Shown here piece by piece: positions 7,266-13,353 of a stretch of 28,367 bases of DNA; positions within the stretch are counted from its first letter, which is position 1, and each line of letters starts with the position of its first letter. The notes beneath the pieces were generated by a model. That model saw only the letters and a list, made by a program, of their open reading frames with translations, made no database searches and had not been told where the DNA came from. Source of the stretch: a virus. Taxonomy: Duplodnaviria > Caudoviricetes. The DNA is taken from IMG/VR virus record IMGVR_UViG_3300031605_000021, positions 1 through 28,367 of that record; one strand, 5' to 3'. Made by a program: the position numbers and the translations under genes.

Positions 7266-7294
7266 ATTATACCAAGTTTGGCTCAGCTTGTCAA
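7266..7294 (-). promoter_or_regulatory. sigma70-type promoter TTGACA-N17-TATAAT (extended TG)
   Basis: attata 7266-7271, tgtcaa 7289-7294. Confidence 0.85.
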
Positions 7295-7302
7295 GCCCAC
7301 AC

Positions 7303-7758
7303 TCAAACTTTTCTCGCTCTGCAATCAAGTTCGCTTGCAAGTTCAATGTTCTTTTCATCATCATCGAAGAACCAAACGACATCATGATTCTCAATAATGC
7401 TCAACAGAACCTTTCGCTTTGCCTTCGCAACATTCACGTTTGCGTTTGAACCAACACAATGAATCGCGTTTGCTTCAATGCCGAATCCACTCAGGAATTC
7501 AGCAATTGCGTTTGCAATGCATTCGTTGCGAGCCGTCAAGATAAAAACCGAATGGCCTTCATCGTAAACGTCCTTCGCCAAGTCCATCAGATCCAACGGT
7601 GTGCCGTTCAAGATTGTCGAAGGATCATTGAACTCCGCGAACCGATCTTCTGTTCCGTCGAGTTCAACCGCACTTGTGTGAGCAAGTGTCTCATCGAAAT
7701 CGAATACGAAGGCTTTTGTTTTTGTTTTGTTTATCATTCTTGTTTCCTTGTTTCTCAT
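7303..7758 (-). CDS. HAD-superfamily phosphatase-like protein
   Basis: motif I FDFDETL, motif II ILTAR, Lys, motif IV FFDDD. Confidence 0.8.
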   Translation of the reverse strand: MRNKETRMINKTKTKAFVFDFDETLAHTSAVELDGTEDRFAEFNDPSTILNGTPLDLMDLAKDVYDEGHSVFILTARNECIANAIAEFLSGFGIEANAIHCVGSNANVNVAKAKRKVLLSIIENHDVVWFFDDDEKNIELASELDCRARKV

Positions 7759-7764
7759 AACCCT

Positions 7765-7793
7765 ATTATACATACAATGTCGTCATCTGTAAA
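7765..7793 (-). promoter_or_regulatory. sigma70-type promoter TTTACA-N17-TATAAT
   Basis: attata 7765-7770, tgtaaa 7788-7793. Confidence 0.8.
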
Positions 7794-7833
7794 GCCCAAG
7801 CGGCACCTAAAATGGGCATTTTAAAAAGTAGTT

Positions 7834-7860
7834 GTAAGTCGTTGATACGTAAGGAGTTAC
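7834..7860. repeat. 11-5-11 imperfect palindrome, copy G
   Basis: GTAAGTCGTTG atacg TAAGGAGTTAC. Confidence 0.9.
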
Positions 7861-7942
7861 GACGCGAAACCGCCCCGCCCCTCTCGTGTGCCCCTGCGTA
7901 TATACCACCCGTAAGGGGCTGGTTAGGCTAGTACACCCCTCA

Positions 7943-8182
7943 CTAGATGGTACGTAGCCCTACCTCATAGTCATATGCTACCATTACGCTGTCATGATTG
8001 TATGTGCCCATCTGATACGTACCTCTCTCTACTACAGTGATAGGGTCAAGGTATTCCCTACCATCAGTAGGCTGCTGCATCATGAACACAACAGCAGCAT
8101 GGCATAGGCCATCAGCTTCAACCCAATCACTTATCATCAGTGTATCATTGCCTAGTACTGCTGTCTCTACTCTATACTGCAT
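7943..8182 (-). CDS. hypothetical protein, 79 aa
   Basis: ORF trimmed to ATG after (CA)n-AAGAGAG leader. Confidence 0.65.
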   Translation of the reverse strand: MQYRVETAVLGNDTLMISDWVEADGLCHAAVVFMMQQPTDGREYLDPITVVERGTYQMGTYNHDSVMVAYDYEVGLRTI

Positions 8183-8207
8183 AGCTGCTCTCTTGTGTGT
8201 GTGTGTG

Positions 8208-8294
8208 TTAGTATAGGTATCGCATGTATAGCTCACATATGTAAGCGATAACGTATACCCATGCTGCATATGATAGCGATCTATTCTCTCTCAT
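8208..8294 (-). CDS. 28-aa hydrophobic/Tyr-rich peptide
   Basis: hand-translated MRENRSLSYAAWVYVIAYICELYMRYLY, flanked by (CA)n tracts. Confidence 0.4.
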   Translation of the reverse strand: MRENRSLSYAAWVYVIAYICELYMRYLY

Positions 8295-8361
8295 GTGTGT
8301 ACCCGTGTGTGTGGTGTAGCCCCACGTGTGCTCCCTACTACTGCTGCTTACAGGGGATTAG

Positions 8362-8619
8362 TTAGGCTGGTACACTCTCATCACACCATGCCCACTCAGG
8401 TGGTGGTAGTAGCTCACCCAGCTGTGTGGTAGTACTGATGCCATGCTTGTCTATGTCGTACTGTGCTACACTACCGTACTCAGTAGCATCACCCACTACC
8501 AATGCCCAGCCTATACCATCGGCATCAGGTAGCTCAGTGATGTAGTACTCCCACATGTTACTCAGTATCACATGTGCTACCACATTAAGCTTAGCGTTGC
8601 CGCGTTGTATCTGTCGCAT
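8362..8619 (-). CDS. DUF2958-like protein, 85 aa
   Basis: WEYYITE....GWALVVG..TEYGSV resembles DUF2958 pattern; AAGGA SD within (CA)n leader. Confidence 0.6.
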   Translation of the reverse strand: MRQIQRGNAKLNVVAHVILSNMWEYYITELPDADGIGWALVVGDATEYGSVAQYDIDKHGISTTTQLGELLPPPEWAWCDESVPA

Positions 8620-8662
8620 GTGTGTGTCCTTGTGTGTGTGTGTGTACGTGTGTGTGTGTGTG
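8619..8662. repeat. (TG)n/(CA)n microsatellite, intergenic
   Basis: interrupted TG run; shorter runs at 8194-8208 and 8294-8313. Confidence 0.9.
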
Positions 8663-8884
8663 TTACGGTGCGGGTGTGAGGCAGGGCTTAGTGCCACCGT
8701 ATTGGCTCGCCAGTGCTTGAATCAGTTCATCCTCATCAACCAACATCTGAAAGGTGTGATCCCCAATGGTCACACTCAATACGGTACTACCCACGGAGCG
8801 GGCTTGTGTACTGTCGAGTGTTTCTACTGTTGCGTTGTTGATTGTAATCATTCCGTTTTCCTTAGCGTTGTTGTTGTTTCTCAT
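8663..8884 (-). CDS. hypothetical protein, 73 aa
   Basis: ATG 6 nt after -10. Confidence 0.65.
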   Translation of the reverse strand: MRNNNNAKENGMITINNATVETLDSTQARSVGSTVLSVTIGDHTFQMLVDEDELIQALASQYGGTKPCLTPAP

Positions 8885-8890
8885 GAGTAT

Positions 8891-8919
8891 ATTATATCAA
8901 GCGGGGCTTCGATGGTCAA
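8891..8919 (-). promoter_or_regulatory. sigma70-type promoter TTGACC-N17-TATAAT (extended TG)
   Basis: attata 8891-8896, ggtcaa 8914-8919. Confidence 0.8.
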
Positions 8920-8959
8920 GACCAACGGCTTGCCTTTCTGGAATTATCTCAAAGTAGTT

Positions 8960-8986
8960 GTAAGTCATTGGTACGCAAGGGGTTAC
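8960..8986. repeat. 11-5-11 imperfect palindrome, copy H
   Basis: GTAAGTCATTG gtacg CAAGGGGTTAC. Confidence 0.9.
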
Positions 8987-9084
8987 GGCGTGAAACCGCC
9001 CCGCCCCTATTTGCCTAGCGCGGGGGTGCCCCATCTTAACTGGGATAGTTTACCTAATACACTACTGCTTACTTGTTAGGTTTA

Positions 9085-9138
9085 CCTATCTTGCTTATCT
9101 TAGCCATCTTGCCTATCTTAGCCATCTTGCCTATCTTA
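9085..9138. repeat. tandem 9-bp array (gccatcttg/cctatctta) x6
   Basis: six 9-mers; shares ccatcttgcctatc with 954-1007. Confidence 0.9.
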
Positions 9139-9234
9139 GATCTTGCCCCAAGCTTGCCACTTGAAGCTGCTGTAAAGCCACATGACAACCACTGTCATTG
9201 TTGCTGTCATGCTGATTGCGGTTAGTGTATCCAT
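9136..9234 (-). CDS. 32-aa hydrophobic peptide
   Basis: MDTLTAISMTATMTVVVMWLYSSFKWQAWGKI; AAAGGG SD; own promoter. Confidence 0.55.
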   Translation of the reverse strand: MDTLTAISMTATMTVVVMWLYSSFKWQAWGKI

Positions 9235-9280
9235 TGTGTTTCCCTTTCAAGGAAGTTGTGTTGTTGTTTCTTATACGTGT

Positions 9281-9309
9281 ATTATATCAAGTATAGTTTG
9301 TTTTGTCAA
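9281..9309 (-). promoter_or_regulatory. sigma70-type promoter TTGACA-N17-TATAAT (extended TG)
   Basis: attata 9281-9286, tgtcaa 9304-9309. Confidence 0.85.
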
Positions 9310-9315
9310 GGTCAA

Positions 9316-9456
9316 TCAGTTACTATTCTGAATATTCTCAGAAATATATCCATGTGTGATTGCCCATCGAATCATTCCATTCCATCGCACAACGCTTACC
9401 CGTTGTGGTCGAATTGTACTGTAACGGATGTAGTTGAGGAATTGAGTAGTTGTCAT
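9316..9456 (-). CDS. 46-aa hypothetical protein, first gene of leftward region
   Basis: MTTTQFLNYIRYSTIRPQRVSVVRWNGMIRWAITHGYISENIQNSN; AAGGA SD. Confidence 0.55.
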   Translation of the reverse strand: MTTTQFLNYIRYSTIRPQRVSVVRWNGMIRWAITHGYISENIQNSN

Positions 9457-9480
9457 TGTTGTTGTCCTTTGTATACGTCC

Positions 9481-9509
9481 ATTATATCTATATTATCGGC
9501 TTTTGTCAA
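9481..9509 (-). promoter_or_regulatory. sigma70-type promoter TTGACA-N17-TATAAT
   Basis: attata 9481-9486, tgtcaa 9504-9509. Confidence 0.85.
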
Positions 9510-9592
9510 GGTCAATCTTGAAGAATTCCGGTATTATATTCTTTTTAATCATATTGCCTATTCTAATAACCCTTAGTAGTCTTTGTGTCTCG

Positions 9593-9662
9593 CCTTGCTT
9601 GCGTATTTTACCAAAAGGGGTAGTTTTATCTTCAAATACCTTGCTTGTATATTTTACCAAAA
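9593..9662. repeat. 24-bp direct repeat x2 at strand switch
   Basis: ccttgcttgNNtattttaccaaaa at 9593-9616 and 9639-9662 (22/24 identical). Confidence 0.85.
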
Positions 9663-9784
9663 AAGCCGGGGTGGTTCACACACAACCCGAACTCAATTCC
9701 ATTAATGTATTACCCAAACCTCCCCAATGGCCCCTCCTTTCTTTCGAGGCTATCTGACCAATGTGTGCTTTTATCGTAGAAACA

Positions 9785-9793
9785 GTGTATAAT
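9785..9793 (+). promoter_or_regulatory. putative late promoter motif GTGTATAAT
   Basis: GTGTATA recurs in intergenic gaps at 20126, 22317, 25425. Confidence 0.55.
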
Positions 9794-9827
9794 ATGATGA
9801 CACGATCTTTTCTAGAGGTTATCAAAA

Positions 9828-9989
9828 ATGACGACTGAAGATAATAAACAATCTATAGAGTCTCAGTTGGAATGCAAAGCAACTGCTGCCCTAAACAATC
9901 AGATTGTCGATGAGCTAGAAGCAGAAGACAAGCCCCTGTCAGAGGTTCTTAAAGACGAAGACGAAGAGGACTCACAAGGAGATCTTTGA
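9828..9989 (+). CDS. small acidic protein, 53 aa
   Basis: hand-translated MTTEDNKQSIESQLECKATAAL...; GAGG SD. Confidence 0.65.
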   Translation: MTTEDNKQSIESQLECKATAALNNQIVDELEAEDKPLSEVLKDEDEEDSQGDL

Positions 9990-10033
9990 GGAAGCTATTT
10001 ATTTTATAAGTCGGGAATGGATTAGGACTGGAC

Positions 10034-10810
10034 ATGCATAAAAGTAAGTTTCGAAAAGGAGCAATGGAACTAGGCCTTGCTCAGCCAATGTCTGATGATA
10101 TATTGCTCGCGGGTACAAAAGCCCTTCTTGATTTTCATCCAATCGAAGGATTTGATCCAGAGCTACTCGATACTGACGCCCTACACTTTGTTACTGTAAT
10201 AGGTCTCGAATATCGGTGTTATTATCTCTTGCACGAGATACACCGCAGTGGATATAACCTATCCGAAAAAGGGGTAGGCCATGTAGAACTCCGAGATGGT
10301 AAACACTATTTCGTTAGAGATATGGCCCTATCATTTGAAACTGGCGATGGCCGTCAATTCGTCGCAGACAGTTCCTATAAACCCATGACGGTTGGTGATG
10401 GTGAATATATTATCATAGCCTCTACGTGTCCCCAAACTTATTTGGAAGCCCTCGTTGCCCCCCATTCTATCATAGCTTCAACAGAGCCAATGAATGCTAC
10501 TCCGGTAGAACTAGAGCCAGAGTCAATACTAGGTAGGAAAGATGACGTAATTCAGTCTATTGATATGGACGAATTAAGACATATGTTTCTTACAAAGCCC
10601 CGTAAACAAATTAAGGTTGGCACAAGCCGTCTAGAGCTAACTCGTAAGGGTTCTTCTGTAACTGCTCCGGTTATACAACCTGCCCCTATCTACACAGATC
10701 ACGAGAAGCCTCCTGCACAACAGGGTTATATCATATATAACAAGGAGAGCAAACGTCTAGAGTTCTTCAATGGTGAGAAGTGGGTTGCCCTGTCTCAGGA
10801 GGATATTTAA
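10034..10810 (+). CDS. hypothetical protein with tail-fibre-like motifs
   Basis: C-terminal GYIIYN....LEFFNGEKW pattern typical of fibre/virion proteins. Confidence 0.65.
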   Translation: MHKSKFRKGAMELGLAQPMSDDILLAGTKALLDFHPIEGFDPELLDTDALHFVTVIGLEYRCYYLLHEIHRSGYNLSEKGVGHVELRDGKHYFVRDMALSFETGDGRQFVADSSYKPMTVGDGEYIIIASTCPQTYLEALVAPHSIIASTEPMNATPVELEPESILGRKDDVIQSIDMDELRHMFLTKPRKQIKVGTSRLELTRKGSSVTAPVIQPAPIYTDHEKPPAQQGYIIYNKESKRLEFFNGEKWVALSQEDI

Positions 10811-11310
10811 TGCACGTACCCTCCAACATGACAGAGAAAGAAGTTCTGAAGGAAATAAATCTTGTTGTTAACCGCATGGCCCACAAGTATACATTTTATG
10901 GCTACGAGGTTGAAGATATAAAACAGGAAGCTTTTATCATCTGTATGGAAGCTCTTCCACGGTATGATGAAGAAAGGCCTCTAGAAAACTTCCTAGCAGT
11001 CCATCTCTCCAATCGTCTCAAGAACTTTGTCCGTGACAATTATTTCATGAAGGACGAAGAAGAAAAGCGGCGCGTCGTTATGCCCGGACAGTTGGCCAAC
11101 GAGGAGTACATTGTCGATGACCTGATGGATGGACAAGATAAACTCGATTATAAAATGATGTTAAAGATACTAGATCTTAAACTCGCCGCTTCCTATAGAG
11201 AAGACTACTTAAAGATTATTCATGATGTCTACGTGCCAAAGAAACGAAGAGAAGAAGTGCTGGGTTTTATTTATGAAGTACTAGAGGAGCACGGTCATGC
11301 GGAAGGGTAG
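10810..11310 (+). CDS. phage RNA polymerase sigma factor (sigma70 region 2)
   Basis: EDIKQEAFIICMEALPRYDEERPLENFLAVHLSNRLKNFVRD; start trimmed to TAATG overlap. Confidence 0.75.
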   Translation: MHVPSNMTEKEVLKEINLVVNRMAHKYTFYGYEVEDIKQEAFIICMEALPRYDEERPLENFLAVHLSNRLKNFVRDNYFMKDEEEKRRVVMPGQLANEEYIVDDLMDGQDKLDYKMMLKILDLKLAASYREDYLKIIHDVYVPKKRREEVLGFIYEVLEEHGHAEG

Positions 11311-12082
11311 ACTATCAAAGACCGAAGGTCGCTTCATTACAGAAAATGCCGACACACTTTCTGTAGAGGCCATAGCAGACGAATTGGATCGTGACCCCAA
11401 GTCAATCGAGCTATTCATTAAGCGTAAGTTAAAGCTTGGTCTATCTGAAGAGGAAGAGGTTGCTTACTCTCTAGAAGATCGCCCCTACTGGAAAGAGCTT
11501 GGACAGCAGTTTTCGACAGATGAACTGGTACTGTTTCAGTATCACTGGGGACGCATCATCTCCCAATTCAAGGACGACGTGCTGCCAACGGAGGAGTTGC
11601 AGGTCGTAGACGCAATTAAGCTTGAACTGCTTATGAATCGTTCTCTTAAACAGAATAAGGCTAACATAGACCAGATCAATGCATTCGAGGGACTGTCTCG
11701 TGAAGAGAGATCCGTAGACATAGATCAGCAGGATCGAGATTATATTCTCAACTTGGAGAGGCAGATCGCTTCTCTCCGTGCTGCTCAGGAATCTTTGAAT
11801 AGAGATTACCGCGATTTACAGGTTAAGAAGAATTCCATGCTAAAGGAGATGAAGGGAACTCGCGAGCAACGGATTAAGAGACTTGAGGATTCTCGTCAGA
11901 CTTTTACCGGTTGGATTGCACACCTTATGCGGAATCCTAGCTTGATAAAGGAATACGGAATGGAGATGGAGAAAATGAGACTGGCTATGGAGGGCGAAAG
12001 GGAGAGGCTGTCAGCGTTACATACATATGGGGACGGCACGGTGGATCAACCCTTCTTAACTTCAGACACTATAAAGGAATAA
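11297..12082 (+). CDS. N-terminal HTH plus coiled-coil protein; possible terminase small subunit
   Basis: LSVEAIADELDRDPKSIE HTH-like segment, long coiled coil; position upstream of TerL. Confidence 0.55.
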   Translation: MRKGRLSKTEGRFITENADTLSVEAIADELDRDPKSIELFIKRKLKLGLSEEEEVAYSLEDRPYWKELGQQFSTDELVLFQYHWGRIISQFKDDVLPTEELQVVDAIKLELLMNRSLKQNKANIDQINAFEGLSREERSVDIDQQDRDYILNLERQIASLRAAQESLNRDYRDLQVKKNSMLKEMKGTREQRIKRLEDSRQTFTGWIAHLMRNPSLIKEYGMEMEKMRLAMEGERERLSALHTYGDGTVDQPFLTSDTIKE

Positions 12083-12084
12083 TT

Positions 12085-12252
12085 ATGTGGCTTAATGTTC
12101 TCAAGTTTTTATGCTGGCTCGGATGGCATATATGGGAAAATGTCTGGAAGGGTGGTGGCGTCGAGTCGCATTCTGTCAAGCATCGGAAATGTAAGAGGTG
12201 CGGCATTGTAGAGAGGTATTCGATAACTTCGGGAGGGTGGGATCGTGATTAA
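12085..12252 (+). CDS. small Zn-binding phage protein, DUF1660-like, 55 aa
   Basis: hand-translated LCWLGWHIW...CKRCG; AAGGA SD. Confidence 0.55.
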   Translation: MWLNVLKFLCWLGWHIWENVWKGGGVESHSVKHRKCKRCGIVERYSITSGGWDRD

Positions 12253-12751
12253 ACACACCTTGTTTCTTAAGTGGTGGCTTATTTTTACTGCGACCATTGT
12301 CGGCATGATATTGTTAGCTGTAGACGGCGGATGGACTGTTTTGTGGAATGAAGACACAACAAAGTTAAGCTTTGTACTTCTCGCTATTTTTATGGGCATG
12401 TCTATATGGTGTGGAATGAAAACGTGGAGGCTTAGTCGATTTCTAGACGAGGGTCGGGAAGAAAAGCATGTTGTGGAAAAAATTGAACACCTAGTAGAAG
12501 TGGGCTGGTTTACCAGCGACCTGTGCTTGAGTATCGGCATGATGGGGACGGTGATCGGATTTGTTATGATGCTGTCGGGACTTGCTCAGGTAGACGTTTC
12601 CGATATCAATACGGTGCAGGGGTTAATCAAGAATCTTGGTGCTGGTATGTCAACGGCGCTGTATAGTACGCTGACGGGTCTAATTTGTAGTTCTCTTCTA
12701 AAGGTTCAGTATTTTAATCTTAATCAGGCGATTGATCAGGTAAGAAAATGA
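12245..12751 (+). CDS. MotA/TolQ/ExbB proton-channel family membrane protein
   Basis: IGMMGTVIGF and GMSTALYSTLTGL signatures; about 4 TM segments; GTG start with GGAGG SD. Confidence 0.85.
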   Translation: MIKHTLFLKWWLIFTATIVGMILLAVDGGWTVLWNEDTTKLSFVLLAIFMGMSIWCGMKTWRLSRFLDEGREEKHVVEKIEHLVEVGWFTSDLCLSIGMMGTVIGFVMMLSGLAQVDVSDINTVQGLIKNLGAGMSTALYSTLTGLICSSLLKVQYFNLNQAIDQVRK

Positions 12752-13353
12752 AGCGGAACTACCATACTAACTTGGCCTTTTTGGACCTGTTGTTTAATAC
12801 GCTCTTGTGCTTTGCAGCATTGTTTATGCTGTCCTTTATTTTGATTAATCCCAGCAAGAGTGAGAACAATGTTAAGGCCAAGGCTGACTACATCATAACC
12901 GTGACGTGGCCATCGGAGTTAAATCATGATGTCGATATGTATGTGCAAGACCCACAGGGAAACCTAGTAGCATTCATGCGCAGGGAGCAGGGGCTAATGC
13001 ATTTGGATCGTGATGACTTGGGACACCGTAATGATACTGTACAGACGGAATTCGGACCTATCACCCATAAAGAAAATATTGAGCTAGTTATCTTGCGTGG
13101 ATTTATACCGGGAGAATATATCGTCAATGTTCACCTCTTTTCCAAGTATGACTCGCCAGAAACACAGGCGACTCCGGTTAACATTCGTTTGGATAAAGTA
13201 AACCCCACCTTTAAGACTGTAGCCATGAGAGATGTTATACTTAATATCAAGGGTGACGAAAAAACAGCTTTTAGATTTAAGTTGGATAAAGACGGAAAAG
13301 TAATAGAAGTAAACGAATTGCCCATATCTTTAACTGCTAAGGAAAGAAGATGA
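12748..13353 (+). CDS. ExbD/MotB-like single-TM partner with YfaP/DUF2135-like soluble domain
   Basis: AFLDLLFNTLLCF TM with Asp13; DVDMYVQDP, LDRDD, PGEYIVNVHLF motifs; ATGA coupled. Confidence 0.7.
   Translation: MKRNYHTNLAFLDLLFNTLLCFAALFMLSFILINPSKSENNVKAKADYIITVTWPSELNHDVDMYVQDPQGNLVAFMRREQGLMHLDRDDLGHRNDTVQTEFGPITHKENIELVILRGFIPGEYIVNVHLFSKYDSPETQATPVNIRLDKVNPTFKTVAMRDVILNIKGDEKTAFRFKLDKDGKVIEVNELPISLTAKERR

Noticed and set aside
1609-8367. Classical integron attC sites
   Set aside because: GTTRRRY matches lack paired inverse cores and long attC hairpins; no integrase in the window; cassettes carry their own promoters.
1083-8986. CRISPR array reading of the 27-bp palindromic repeats
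   Set aside because: Intervals are 0.9-1.4 kb and gene-filled, repeats are degenerate, and there are no cas genes.
46-9757. Plus-strand ORFs in the left region (e.g. 46..654, 702..1049, 6172..7155, 8555..9079)
   Set aside because: Antisense shadows of minus-strand genes, promoters and repeats; all promoters and SD signals point leftward.
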